From contig CAWDRG010000009.1 in assembly GCA_963804645.1 (NCBI GenBank), positions 704,001 through 768,000 of the forward strand: DNA of 64,000 nucleotides, in the 5' to 3' direction. Origin of the DNA: an uncultured Bacillota bacterium (GTDB lineage Bacteria > Sysuimicrobiota > Sysuimicrobiia > Sysuimicrobiales > Segetimicrobiaceae). Shown in pieces: positions 19,422 through 29,764 of the stretch. Positions within the stretch are counted from its first letter, which is position 1; the number at the start of each line of letters is the position of its first letter. Under the pieces are notes generated by a model, which saw only the letters and a list, made by a program, of their open reading frames with translations, made no database searches and had not been told where the DNA came from. A program made the position numbers and the translations under genes.

Positions 19422-19662
19422 GAGGGACAGCGATCCGCTCGGAGCCGTGATCGTCGTTCGCAGTTTCAGAAGCGCAGGGACGTCACACCGCACGCGCGAA
19501 GGAACGCCTAGGCTGCCGTCCCCACCGGGACGTCCTTGCTCGTGGGGCTCGGTTGTGATTGGCGAGATGAGGAGCCCGTCGATATGACGTACGAACCTGT
19601 CCGGCCAAAGAGTTTTGCGGACCGACGTTCGATCGTCCCGGACCCGGGAGCCCACCGATCCC

Positions 19663-21402
19663 ATGGAATCTAATGAGTCTCATCCATCGACGAGTCTGGC
19701 ACCGACATTTCGAGTCCGCGCGCTGGAGATCCACAGTGACTACGCATGGAATTTCGAATGGGTGCAAAAGGCGCTCGCCTTCATGGAACGGCGGGCGCTC
19801 AACGCACTAATCCTCCATCGGAACGACATCGTGGACAATGTCGTGTATCCGGGGCGATATTTCGGGGCCGATCGTCGTCCCTACCGGAACATCGTGGAGC
19901 GCTACCAGGACAGCTTCAGGACATTGTACCGGTACACGCCGACGCGGCGAAGCCGGCCGCTTCAACATCGGGACTATCTGGTGCGGGTCATCGAGCAGGC
20001 CCGGCGGCGTGGCATCGACGTGTATCTCCAAAATAAGGAGCTGTGGTTTCCGGACATCCTGCTGGAACTCCACCCCGAAGTGTGGATCGACGGGACCGTC
20101 TGCGCCACGCACCCGTTTTGGTGGGAGTTCGTCGAGACGAAATACACCGAGCTGCTGGAGGACTTTCCGGGACTCGCCGGCATCATCACCTCGCCGGGCA
20201 CGGGGGAGAGCCGGGTGTCGATCGCCGCGAATCGCTGCGCGTGCGATCGTTGTCGAGCTACCGCACCGCGCGACTGGTATCGCCGGCTGCTGGACGCCAT
20301 GCGCGGCCCGATCGTACGCGCCGGGAAGCGCCTCGTGGTTCGAGACTTCGTATTCGACGCCGCGGCGCAGGGCGAATTGGCCGCGGCCATGGAAACGTTC
20401 CCACCAGACGTGGTCGTCTCCCTGAAGAACACGCCCCACGACTACTATCCAACGTTTCCCCACAATCCCCGCATCGGACGCGTTGGGGACCATGCGCAGT
20501 GGGTCGAGTTTGACGTGATGGGTCAATACTTCGGCTGGGGGCTGGGGATCAGCGTGATGACCGACGACCTGCGCGCGCGGATGCGCTACGGGCGCGCCCG
20601 TGGGGTCTCCGGTGTGATCTTTCGGACCGATTGGGAAGGGCTCGAAGCGCACACGGCGTTCCACACACCGAATCTCCTCAGCCTGTACGCGGGATCGGCC
20701 CTGGCGGTGAATCTCGACACGCCCGCCGCGACGATCGCCGGCGACTGGCTCGACGGAGAAGATCTCCTCCGCCCCGATTTGGACGCCGCCTCTCGTACCG
20801 CCACCGCCGCGCGGGTCGCCGATGCCTTCGGGCGTACCTGGGACATCGTCCGGCGCAGCCTCTATCTCAACGATTGCGTCTTTTCCGACTCCAGCCTGTA
20901 CCCCGTCAGCCTCGAACACGCGTGGTGGCTGGCGGAAGAGAAGAACAGTTTGCGCAACTGGGATCCGTCGAAATCGGACGCGCTCTCGGTCGTCGACGAG
21001 GCGCACGTTCGTGCGCTGCTCGAGGAGAAGGACGAGGCCGTCCGGTTGGTCGCCTGGCTGGCCGATGCGGTGGGCGAGCTTCAGGACGTGCTGACCGACG
21101 CCGCGTGGCGCGACCTCCAGTGGCGCGTTGATGTCTTTCGACGTTACGTCTTGGGATTTCGCACGATCGCGCACGCCTGCGTCCTGACGAAGTACCTCGC
21201 CGACGAGGCGGGGCGCGCCCGAGTCCCATTTGCCGACACGGCGGATGCGTTGTGGCAGGCGCGGCTCGGCGACCTCCGGGCGCTCGCCGCCGAATTCGAC
21301 GAGTTCGCGGCGGCGACGTCGCTGCCGTACACGGTCTATCTGGTTCTGAATCCCGAACGCCTGCGAGCGCTCGCGAACGACCTCGAGGCTCGGCGAAGGT
21401 AG
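19663..21402 (+). CDS. Uncharacterised glycoside-hydrolase-like protein, paralog A
   Basis: Long ORF sharing KEL.FP, C...CxCxxC, VRDF, KxTPHDxYPTFPxNPxIG, WxExDxxGQxxGWG and FRTxWE with the two paralogs. The fold is an inference. Confidence 0.8.
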   Translation: MESNESHPSTSLAPTFRVRALEIHSDYAWNFEWVQKALAFMERRALNALILHRNDIVDNVVYPGRYFGADRRPYRNIVERYQDSFRTLYRYTPTRRSRPLQHRDYLVRVIEQARRRGIDVYLQNKELWFPDILLELHPEVWIDGTVCATHPFWWEFVETKYTELLEDFPGLAGIITSPGTGESRVSIAANRCACDRCRATAPRDWYRRLLDAMRGPIVRAGKRLVVRDFVFDAAAQGELAAAMETFPPDVVVSLKNTPHDYYPTFPHNPRIGRVGDHAQWVEFDVMGQYFGWGLGISVMTDDLRARMRYGRARGVSGVIFRTDWEGLEAHTAFHTPNLLSLYAGSALAVNLDTPAATIAGDWLDGEDLLRPDLDAASRTATAARVADAFGRTWDIVRRSLYLNDCVFSDSSLYPVSLEHAWWLAEEKNSLRNWDPSKSDALSVVDEAHVRALLEEKDEAVRLVAWLADAVGELQDVLTDAAWRDLQWRVDVFRRYVLGFRTIAHACVLTKYLADEAGRARVPFADTADALWQARLGDLRALAAEFDEFAAATSLPYTVYLVLNPERLRALANDLEARRR

Positions 21403-21448
21403 GGGTCCCGCCGTCGCGGCGTTCGCGGCGCGCGGCGGCCGACGTATC

Positions 21449-23071
21449 CTATGGGGCGCGGTACACCGCGAGGCCGTCCTCCAACACGGTGCGGGCACGG
21501 CCCAGACTCAGCAACATCCTGAACTGATGCGGGTACTGGTGACGCTCGAGCGTTGGGGCCAGGCCCGTGAGATACTCGTCGAGGGCCCGCAGGCTCGCTG
21601 CCAGCGCGGTGTCCACGCTCGCGCGCGTCAGCGCTCCTTGACGCAACCCCTCGACGTAGAGGCTCACCTCCGTCAGCGCACGGAACCCGGCGATGTACTG
21701 GACATACCATCCGAAACACTCCCGCAGCCATGCGTGAAACTCGGCCGGAATCGCACCCGACGAATGCTCCACCTCGCGGCGGAGCGCCGTGATCTCCGAC
21801 ATGGCCTCGTCCTTCTCCGCCAACGCCGCGTCGATCCCGGAGGCATCCATTCGAAGATCGTTCGCTCTGGCCGGGTCCCAATCGACCAGCGAGTGCTTCC
21901 GCTCCATCGTCCACCATGCCTTACGCACGCTCAGCGGAAACTGACTGCTGTCGTGAAACACAAAATCTCGAAGGTAGATTCCTTTGCGGATCACCGCCCA
22001 GGTGCGGTCCCACACCCCGGCCACGAAGCTGGCGGTATCCGCGTCAGCGGGCCACCCAGCTTCCTCCAGCCACGTCCGCAGGATCGATGCCGCGGGGGCG
22101 TCGTCGCCGCCCGCCAGTCGTGCCGCGGCGATCAGGTTCGCGCGGTTGGGCGTCTCGAGACACCACCAGTCGTTGACGCGCTCCCATTCGGTGCGGAAGA
22201 GGGCGCCGCTCACGCCCCTGGACTGAGCGTGGCGGAGGCGCTGCGCGAGATCGTCGCGCATGAAGACCGGAAAGACCCCCCATCCGTAGAACTGCCCGTA
22301 CACATCGTATTCCACCCACTGCTCGCGGCGCAGGGCGCCGATCGCCGGGTTGTCGGGAAACGTCGGGTAGAAATCGTGCGGGGTCACCTTCATGCAGAAG
22401 ATGACGTCGGCGGGGGCACGATTGACCGCCTCCGTGAGGGGACGGTGATCGGCCGGTCGGTAGGCGAAGTCCCGCACCGCCAAGCGGAGCCCCGCGTGCG
22501 CCAACGGGGCGTACACGCTGGCGATGATCTGCTCATACCAATCCGCGAGGGTCGTGTGCTCGCAGAGCGGACATCGACACTTGTGCTGCGCTCTCGAGGC
22601 GCGCCCCTCCGGGGAGCCGGGGCTCATGATCACGCCCGCCAACTGCGGGAAGTCCTCGGCCAGCTCGGTGAACTTCGCCCCGAGAAACTCGAACCACACC
22701 GGCTCCGACGGGCAGATGCGTCCGTCTTTCAGCAGATGCGGGAAGCGCTCGAGCACCTCGTCGGGGAACGTCAGCTCCTTCAGTTCGAGCCACACCGGGA
22801 TGTCCTGGCGCGCCGCCAGTTCGAGAATCGACGTCAAGTAGGCGCGATTGTTGTGGATCGCGTTCTCGCCGCGACGCACTGGGGTGCTGTCCCATTCCGT
22901 GTACGGGTCGAAGTAGCGCTTCGGGAAGATAAGGCGTGGCCCGAGATCGGTATCGTGGAGGACGAGCGCGTTGAGATCGTGGCGCTTGGCGAAGGTGAGC
23001 GCTTCCACGATCCGCGGCCGCTCCCACATCCTCGTCCCGCAGAGCTCAAGACCCCGAAACTTCAGCGGCAC
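21449..23071 (-). CDS. Uncharacterised glycoside-hydrolase-like protein, paralog B (divergent)
   Basis: Same motifs: CPSEP, CRCPLC, VRDF, KVTPHDFYPTFPDNPAIG, QWVEYDVYGQFYGWG. Confidence 0.8.
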   Translation of the reverse strand: MPLKFRGLELCGTRMWERPRIVEALTFAKRHDLNALVLHDTDLGPRLIFPKRYFDPYTEWDSTPVRRGENAIHNNRAYLTSILELAARQDIPVWLELKELTFPDEVLERFPHLLKDGRICPSEPVWFEFLGAKFTELAEDFPQLAGVIMSPGSPEGRASRAQHKCRCPLCEHTTLADWYEQIIASVYAPLAHAGLRLAVRDFAYRPADHRPLTEAVNRAPADVIFCMKVTPHDFYPTFPDNPAIGALRREQWVEYDVYGQFYGWGVFPVFMRDDLAQRLRHAQSRGVSGALFRTEWERVNDWWCLETPNRANLIAAARLAGGDDAPAASILRTWLEEAGWPADADTASFVAGVWDRTWAVIRKGIYLRDFVFHDSSQFPLSVRKAWWTMERKHSLVDWDPARANDLRMDASGIDAALAEKDEAMSEITALRREVEHSSGAIPAEFHAWLRECFGWYVQYIAGFRALTEVSLYVEGLRQGALTRASVDTALAASLRALDEYLTGLAPTLERHQYPHQFRMLLSLGRARTVLEDGLAVYRAP

Positions 23072-23081
23072 ACCGCGCCTC

Positions 23082-23918
23082 CTATCTCAGCGTCCCGACG
23101 GTAAAGCCGTGCAGCATGTACCGGCGCAGCAGCAGGGCAAAGGTCAGGACCGGCAGGATGGTCAGGCACCCGGCGGCCGCGACGATGCCCCAATTGAGCT
23201 GCTCTTCCATCTCCATGAACGAGAGGATGGAGACCGGCGCGGTCACCGCGTTGAAGTTCGTCAGGACCAGCGCCGCGAGAAACGAGTTCCAGATGTCGAT
23301 GAACGACAGGATCGCCACCGCGACCAACCCCGGAGTGGCGAGGGGCATGACGATCCGGAAGAACGCGCCGATGAGGCCGCATCCGTCCACTTCGGCGGCG
23401 TCGATCAGTTCGCCGGGCACGGTCCGAAAGAACCCCAGCATGATCCAGATTACGAACGGGAGCCGCACCGCGACCTCGAACGCGGTCAGGGTCGAGACCC
23501 GGTCGATCAGGCCGAGCGCCCGCACGGCGAAATAGACCGGAATGATCGTGGCAACCGGCGGAAACCCATTCGGTATCAGTACCGCCAGCAGCAGCCACCA
23601 CCGTTTGCCCCGGAACGGCAGGCGGGCGAACGCGAAGGCGACCATCGCGCCCAGCACGACCGCGGCGGCCGTGCCCCACACGGAGACGTTGATGCTGTTC
23701 AGATAGTAGCGGCCGAACCCCGACTGGATCAGCTGCACGTAGTTCGTGAGCGTCGGCGGGAACCAGAACCGCGGCGGCTGCAGGAGGAGCACCCGGTCGG
23801 GTTTCAACGACGTGAGTAGCATGTAGTAGATCGGGAACAGCGTGACGAGGACCACGAGGACCACGAGCCCGATCACCCCGGCGCCACGGAACGTCCACCG
23901 CCGCCCGCGCCGCGTCAC
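23082..23918 (-). CDS. Carbohydrate ABC transporter permease (MalG-like)
   Basis: EAA-type loop VPGELIDAAEVDGC; YLNS; WNSF. Confidence 0.93.
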   Translation of the reverse strand: MTRRGRRWTFRGAGVIGLVVLVVLVTLFPIYYMLLTSLKPDRVLLLQPPRFWFPPTLTNYVQLIQSGFGRYYLNSINVSVWGTAAAVVLGAMVAFAFARLPFRGKRWWLLLAVLIPNGFPPVATIIPVYFAVRALGLIDRVSTLTAFEVAVRLPFVIWIMLGFFRTVPGELIDAAEVDGCGLIGAFFRIVMPLATPGLVAVAILSFIDIWNSFLAALVLTNFNAVTAPVSILSFMEMEEQLNWGIVAAAGCLTILPVLTFALLLRRYMLHGFTVGTLR

Positions 23919-23928
23919 CGCCGGACCC

Positions 23929-24813
23929 TCATTCGGCCTCGACCAGCCGCAGGTATAGAACATACAGCAGCACGAGCACGCCGAGCGATACCACGACCAT
24001 CGCCGCGGCGCTCCCCATCTGGAAGAACTGGAACGCCGCTTTGAAGATGTGCACGCTGAGCATGTCCGTCGCGTTTCCGGGCCCGCCCCCGGTCATCACA
24101 AAGGGCTCGGCGAACAGGCGAAACGCCTCCATCGCGCGCAACAGCGCGGCGACCAGCAGCGTGTCGAAGATCACCGGCACCGTCACGCGGGTAAAGCACC
24201 CCCACCGCGAGGCCCCGTCGAGCTGCGCCGCCTCGTAGAGTGCGCCCGGCACGGTTTCGAGCGCGGACAGGCTCAGCAGAAACGTGAACGGCGTCCAGTG
24301 CCAGACGTCCATCAGCATCACCGAAACGAGCGCCAGCCGCGTGCTGGTCAGCCAGGCCACGCCCGGCAGCCCGAGTAGCCGCAGGCCGGCGTTGATTGGA
24401 CCGAGGGTGTCGTTGAAGAGGATGTACCAGATGAGTCCGACCACTGCCGGCGTGATTACCATCGGGGAGATCACGACCGTCTTCAGCAGGTCGTTGGCGC
24501 GCGCGCCCCCGTGAACGAAGACGGCGAGCGCGAGCCCCAGGGTGACCTCGACCACCGTGACGACGACCATGAAGCCCAGCGTGCGGCCGATCGAGCCGAC
24601 AAACGCGGGATCGGCCGCCAGTTGGAGGTAGTTCTGCACGCCGGCGAACACCGGCGACGACTGCTCTTGCAGGTTCCAGGTCGTCAGGCTGAGGTAAATC
24701 GTGTACAGCGCCGGCAGGATGCGCCCAACGACCAGGTACGCCATCCCGGGTACGAGGAAAAACCACAGCGCGAGATCTCGCCGCCGCCGGACCGAGACCG
24801 CCGGCGCAATCAC
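23929..24813 (-). CDS. Carbohydrate ABC transporter permease (MalF-like)
   Basis: FAGVQNY, DVWHWTPF, LYEAAQLDGAS, MTGGGPGNAT. Confidence 0.93.
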   Translation of the reverse strand: MIAPAVSVRRRRDLALWFFLVPGMAYLVVGRILPALYTIYLSLTTWNLQEQSSPVFAGVQNYLQLAADPAFVGSIGRTLGFMVVVTVVEVTLGLALAVFVHGGARANDLLKTVVISPMVITPAVVGLIWYILFNDTLGPINAGLRLLGLPGVAWLTSTRLALVSVMLMDVWHWTPFTFLLSLSALETVPGALYEAAQLDGASRWGCFTRVTVPVIFDTLLVAALLRAMEAFRLFAEPFVMTGGGPGNATDMLSVHIFKAAFQFFQMGSAAAMVVVSLGVLVLLYVLYLRLVEAE

Positions 24814-26531
24814 CGAAGGCGCGCCCGCAGGTCGTCCGCCAGCGCCCGGAGGCGCTCCGGGCTGAGCAGGATGTAGACTACGTGGGACAAGGACGTGGAT
24901 TGCGCCAACGCGTCGAACTCGGCCGCGAGCGCCTCGAGGTCGCTGAGCCGCGCATCGAGGGTCTTCCGCGCCTCGTGGACCCACTGTACGCGGTCGCCGG
25001 CGCCGTCCTCAGTGACCGCCTTGGTCAGGACGCAGGCGTGTCCGGCGGCGCGAAACGCGGCCGTATACCGGCGGAACACGTCGAAGCGGGTCACGAGATC
25101 CCCGTGCGCGCTGTCGCTCAAGACGTCACCGAGGTCCGCGACCTCCGCGCAGAGCCTCTCAACCAGGCGCAGCGCGTCATCCTTCTCCTCGAGCAGGCGG
25201 CGGACGTTGTCGGGGTCGTCGACCCGGAGCGCGCCCGCCCGGGATGGATCCCAGTCCTTCAGGCTGTTCTTTTCTTCCGCCAGCCACCACGCGTGGTCCA
25301 GGCTGACCGGCAGGTTGCTGGAGTCCGAGAAGACGCAGTCGTTCATGTACAGGCTCCGCCGCACAATCTCCCAGGTTTGATCGAGCACGCGCGCGACGCG
25401 GTCCGCCGCGGCCAGCCGGACCGCGGGCGCCAGGCCCGGGCGCAGGAGGTTCTCCTGGTCGAGCCATTGCCCGACAACCGCGGCCCCGGGCGTTTCCAGA
25501 TCCTGGGCGAGCGCGGCACCGGCATAGAGGCTGACCACGTTCGGGCTATGAAACGTCGTGTGCGCTTCGAGCCCTTCCCAGTCGGTGCGGAACACCACGC
25601 CGCTGGCTCCGCAGGCGCGCGCATGGCGGAAGCGCACGCGGAGATCCTCCGTCATCACGGCGATCCCGATGCCCCAACCGAAATACTGACCCAACACGTC
25701 GAACTCGATCCACTGTTCGTGGGCGCCCACCCGTCCGATCCGGGGATTGTTGGGGAACGTCGGGTAGTAGTCGTGGGGTGTGTTCTTGAGTTCGATGACC
25801 ACGTCTGCCGGCAGCGCCTCCATGGCGGCTACGATCTCGGCCTGTGCCGCCGCGTCGAAGACGAAGTCCCGCACTACGAGGCGCTTGCCCACCCGCGCGA
25901 TCGGCTCGTACATCGCTTCGAGCAGCTGCCGATACCATTCCCGGGGCGTGGTGGAGCGGCACCGTGCGCAGGTGCACCGGTTCGCCGAGATCGAAACGCG
26001 GCTCTCCCCGGTTGCGGGCGAGGTAATGATCCCTGCCAGCCCGGGCAGGTCTTCAAACAACTCCGTGTACTTCGTCCGGACGAACTCCCACCAAAACGGG
26101 GCAGTCGCGCACACCGTGCCGTTCTTCCAGAGGTCCGAGTGCAGTTCGAGCAGGATCTCCGGGAACCATAACTCTTTATTCTGGAGATACACGTCGATGC
26201 CGTAGCGGTGGGCTTCGTGGACGACCCGCCGCAGATAGTCGCGCCGCTGCAACGGTCCACTGCGCCGCGTCGGCGTATACCGGTACAACGTGCGGTACAT
26301 GTCTTGATACCGCTCGAAGATGTTGCGATACGTCCGCCGGTCCGCGCCGAAATATCGCCCCGGGAACACCACCTGATCGATGATGTCGTTCCGCTGCAGG
26401 GCTAGCGCGTTGAGGCCGTGCGCCTGCGCGAATCGGAGTGCTCGCTGCACCCAGGGAAAATCCCATACGTACTCGCTGTTGATTTCGAGCAGCCGGGTAC
26501 GAAACACGGGCTCCGTTTCGCTGGTTTCCAT
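24810..26531 (-). CDS. Uncharacterised glycoside-hydrolase-like protein, paralog C (close to A)
   Basis: Near-collinear with paralog A, including long identical runs (RTLYRYTPTRRS, GIDVYLQNKELWFP, NDCVFSDSS, HAWWLAEEKNSL). Confidence 0.8.
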   Translation of the reverse strand: METSETEPVFRTRLLEINSEYVWDFPWVQRALRFAQAHGLNALALQRNDIIDQVVFPGRYFGADRRTYRNIFERYQDMYRTLYRYTPTRRSGPLQRRDYLRRVVHEAHRYGIDVYLQNKELWFPEILLELHSDLWKNGTVCATAPFWWEFVRTKYTELFEDLPGLAGIITSPATGESRVSISANRCTCARCRSTTPREWYRQLLEAMYEPIARVGKRLVVRDFVFDAAAQAEIVAAMEALPADVVIELKNTPHDYYPTFPNNPRIGRVGAHEQWIEFDVLGQYFGWGIGIAVMTEDLRVRFRHARACGASGVVFRTDWEGLEAHTTFHSPNVVSLYAGAALAQDLETPGAAVVGQWLDQENLLRPGLAPAVRLAAADRVARVLDQTWEIVRRSLYMNDCVFSDSSNLPVSLDHAWWLAEEKNSLKDWDPSRAGALRVDDPDNVRRLLEEKDDALRLVERLCAEVADLGDVLSDSAHGDLVTRFDVFRRYTAAFRAAGHACVLTKAVTEDGAGDRVQWVHEARKTLDARLSDLEALAAEFDALAQSTSLSHVVYILLSPERLRALADDLRARLR

Positions 26532-26559
26532 GTGCGTTCGACGCGCCAACCGCGCGTCC

Positions 26560-27996
26560 TTAGGAGAGCTTGATCGTATCCAGAGTGGTTTGAATCTGCC
26601 GCTGCGCGGTGCTCAAGGCGCTCTGGATGTTACCGCCGGTTAGCACCGACGAAATCGCCGTGCTGACCTGGTCGGCGATTTCCTGCGCGCGGAGGATGCT
26701 CGGATACGGCAGGACGCCCACGTCGGTTTGGGCGCCTGGATCGGCTTCCGCCCGGAGCACGTATCCGGCCGCAGGGTACTGCGCGATGGTCGCCTCGATC
26801 GCACGCGCGCGGCTCGGCATGTACCCGGGATGCTTCTTGGCCATGTCCACCTGTGCCTCCGTGGTCGAGGCCGCGATCAGCAGCTGCAGGGCGGCGGCTT
26901 TGTGCTCGGACCGCGACGACACGGCAATCACGCCCGGGCCGTCCCGGAAGGCATGCTTCCATCCCCGAGGGTGGTTCGGCTCCGCAGGGGGCAGCGCGTA
27001 GCCGATTTTCCCGTATACGGGCACGTCCGGCTTGATCGTGTTGAGCACCACGCGGTCAAAGTACTGCACGATCATCGCGGCGTGACCGCTCGCGAACAGG
27101 GCCGTGGATTCCGCGCTGCTGTCGTTGAGGTTGCTCGACGGCTGGATGGCCAGCAGGGCCTTGTACATCTGGGCGGCCGCGAGGCCGTTCGGCCCGTCAA
27201 ACTCAGCCTTGCGGGTGCGCGGATTGTACAGATTGATCCCGTACGCGAGGATCATGTTCTCGTAACTGTGCCACAGATATACGCCCTTCTTGTTCGGGAA
27301 CGCGCTCCCGTAGAAATCGGCATCGAGCGGCTTCCCCGCGAGCAGCTCGCCCCGCTTGCGGGTGAAGAACTGACCGATTTCCAGGAACTGCTGGTAGCTA
27401 TTGGGCGGGGCGAGATCGTACCCGAAGCGTGCTTTGAACGCGGCTCGTTCGCGGGGATCCTCAAACAGATCCAGCCGATACGCCACCGCCGGCGTGCTCG
27501 TGGTCGTCGGGATTCCCAGGGTCCTATTCTGGAATCTGACCGCTCGCTGCGCCGCCTGCGTGAATTCGGGCCACGCAAGCGTGCTTTGGCTCCCGGTGCT
27601 CGCGATCAGGCCGTCCAGCACGTCGATCATCCCGCGATTGTAGAACTCGTACATGTTCTGAACGCCGAGGGTATAGATCAGATCCCAGGTGTTCGCGCCG
27701 CTGACAAAGTCGAGGACCACCTTTTGCGTCAGTTCGTCGCCGTTGAGGAATCGGGCCTGCAGGATCATCCCCAAGGTCTTCGCAATCTCGCTCATCTTAT
27801 CGGCGAGCGCGACCTCGTGGACCTCAGGCGACGTGATGAAGTTGATCGTGACGCCTTGGAACTGTCCTTTCGGCTGTGCCGTAACCGGCCCAGGGGTCAC
27901 CCCTGCGACCACGGCGGCCCCGCTCGCGCCGACTGCAAGCTTCAAGAGCGTCCGTCGGTCCATTGTCCGCGTCGCCACTGCCTTCACCCCATTCAT
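26560..27996 (-). CDS. Sugar ABC substrate-binding protein with a Tat signal
   Basis: DRRTLLK twin-arginine motif; AYRLDLFEDPRERAAFKARFGYDLAPP, typical of family 1 SBPs. Confidence 0.9.
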   Translation of the reverse strand: MNGVKAVATRTMDRRTLLKLAVGASGAAVVAGVTPGPVTAQPKGQFQGVTINFITSPEVHEVALADKMSEIAKTLGMILQARFLNGDELTQKVVLDFVSGANTWDLIYTLGVQNMYEFYNRGMIDVLDGLIASTGSQSTLAWPEFTQAAQRAVRFQNRTLGIPTTTSTPAVAYRLDLFEDPRERAAFKARFGYDLAPPNSYQQFLEIGQFFTRKRGELLAGKPLDADFYGSAFPNKKGVYLWHSYENMILAYGINLYNPRTRKAEFDGPNGLAAAQMYKALLAIQPSSNLNDSSAESTALFASGHAAMIVQYFDRVVLNTIKPDVPVYGKIGYALPPAEPNHPRGWKHAFRDGPGVIAVSSRSEHKAAALQLLIAASTTEAQVDMAKKHPGYMPSRARAIEATIAQYPAAGYVLRAEADPGAQTDVGVLPYPSILRAQEIADQVSTAISSVLTGGNIQSALSTAQRQIQTTLDTIKLS

Positions 27997-28372
27997 CGGC
28001 AGGTCTGCACGCCACTTAAAAACATGCTACCGGGTGCCGTTGGAACCTCATATCGGATCGCGACCTGATTTGCCCGTACGATGCCCGCCCCATGCCATGC
28101 TCGGCCGGGATCGTGTCCAATCGTGTCCATTAGAAGCGCCCACCGCAGGCCACAACGATTCCAGAGACCGAGGCAATCGTCGAGCGTGCCCGGCGGATCT
28201 TGCGGTGGCTACTCTGATGCTGATATTCTGAATTAGGAAGCTGCAAGATCAGCCCGGGGGGCCCGCCGCCATTTACCTGGATCTGCAGGTTCCTGCGTCG
28301 CACGTCAAGGCGTACTGCCGTACACGTCGGCTGGAGCTCGGTGACAATCGAGGACCTCGATTCGGTCACAGC

Positions 28373-28867
28373 TCACGTGGCGCAGGGACCGGTCCCGACG
28401 AGCTCGGTGAGGGGCTTCGCCCCGGCGCCGTCGACGAGCTCGTTGGGCATCATCGCGGAGGCCCCGGCCGGCGGCGGCATCAGCGACAGCAGCGGGGCGA
28501 ACGGTGTCTTGAGCTTCAGCACCACCGTGTCGCTGCCGGAGGCCGTGACCGACTCGACCGACTGCTACACGAACGTGCCGTACGAGTTGACCCGGCCCCA
28601 CCGATTCAGCGAGGCGATCACATCGTCCGGCCCCATCGTCTTGCCGTTGTGGAACGGGACGTTCCGCCGGAGCGTGAACGCGTACGTCAACCCGCCCTTG
28701 CTGACCTCGTAGCCGGAGACGAGCGAGGGCTGCACGCGCCAATTGGCATCGAACGCGAACAGTTCCTCGAATACGCCGAGCGTCATGTTCGCCGTGAGCG
28801 AGGCCGGCTGGACGATCACGTCGAGCGTGAGCGGTTCGCCGACCGCGTCGATGCCTCTCAGACTCAC
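28373..28867 (-). pseudogene. Fragment of a family 5 (peptide) ABC substrate-binding protein
   Basis: FTLRRNVPFHNG..DVIASLNRW, in-frame TAG at 28565-28567, continues to VGTGP and then stops. No signal peptide. Confidence 0.85.
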
Positions 28868-28903
28868 TCGGCGTCTGCCCGCCTCCGTTCGCGGTCGGCG
28901 CCA

Positions 28904-29638
28904 CTACAGATGCAGGGAGCGTTCCATGTTGAACTTGTAGCGGTCTCCCCGATACACCGCCTGGCGGTACTCGACTCTGTCGCCGTCGGGACCATAGATG
29001 AGCGACGTTACGTTGAAGACGGCCGTCGGCGCGACCAGGTCCAGCATGTCGGCCTCCTCCGCGGTCGCCATGCGGGCCTCAAACGTCTGCTCCGCTTTGA
29101 GCTCGCGCACGCCGGCCCGCAGCGCGTAGTGCTCCGACGGCGCCGCCACGTCGCAGAACGCGACCAAGACCTCGTGCATCTTCGGCGCGGAGAAATAACT
29201 CTTGTAGAGGACGAGCGGTTCGCGGTCGCCAAGCCCGAGCCACACGAGCCGAATGAGCATGGCATTTGGCGGCACCGAGAGCAGGCGGCCGAGCACGAAA
29301 TCGGCGGGCTCCTGCGTGCGCGCGATTACCCGCAGCGCGGGCGCCATGTCCTGGGCCGCCACCGTCTCGCGGAAGACGGTCGCATGCGCGAGCGGCTGAT
29401 TGATCGGTCCGTGCCCGGTGACGAAGGTGCCGCGTCCCTGGACCTTCTTCAACATCCCGACCCGGGCGAGTCCGTCGAGAGCTTGGCGGACCGTGGAGCG
29501 GCTCACGCCGAACTGCTCGGACAACTCCCGTTCCGAGGGCAGTTGAGCGCCCGTCTCCCAATCCCCCCGCTGGATCCGGGTATTGATCGACCCGACGAGC
29601 TGCCGGTAGAGCGGCTGCTGGTCTTTGCTGTCGATCAC
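28904..29638 (-). CDS. GntR-family regulator (HutC/UTRA)
   Basis: PLYRQL..LPSERELSEQFGVSRSTVRQAL..QGRGTFV; C-terminal VEYRQAVYRGDRYKF. Confidence 0.95.
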   Translation of the reverse strand: MIDSKDQQPLYRQLVGSINTRIQRGDWETGAQLPSERELSEQFGVSRSTVRQALDGLARVGMLKKVQGRGTFVTGHGPINQPLAHATVFRETVAAQDMAPALRVIARTQEPADFVLGRLLSVPPNAMLIRLVWLGLGDREPLVLYKSYFSAPKMHEVLVAFCDVAAPSEHYALRAGVRELKAEQTFEARMATAEEADMLDLVAPTAVFNVTSLIYGPDGDRVEYRQAVYRGDRYKFNMERSLHL

Positions 29639-29681
29639 GATGGCAGGGGCACCTCGGGCAATGGGTTAAAAGTGGGTCATC

Positions 29682-29693
29682 TGGTACGTACCA
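29682..29693. promoter_or_regulatory. Palindromic GntR-type operator overlapping the gntR promoter region
   Basis: Perfect palindrome TGGTACGTACCA, with an adjacent imperfect copy TGGATACCA. Confidence 0.65.
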
Positions 29694-29764
29694 ATGGATA
29701 CCACGTATACAACAGACTTTTCTCGATTCCTTTTCTGCGCTCTGACAGCTGGTTTAAGCCGCGC

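Noticed and set aside
28565..28567. In-frame TAG as possible recoding (pyrrolysine or readthrough)
   Set aside because: The gene is also truncated at both ends, which is consistent with a pseudogene.
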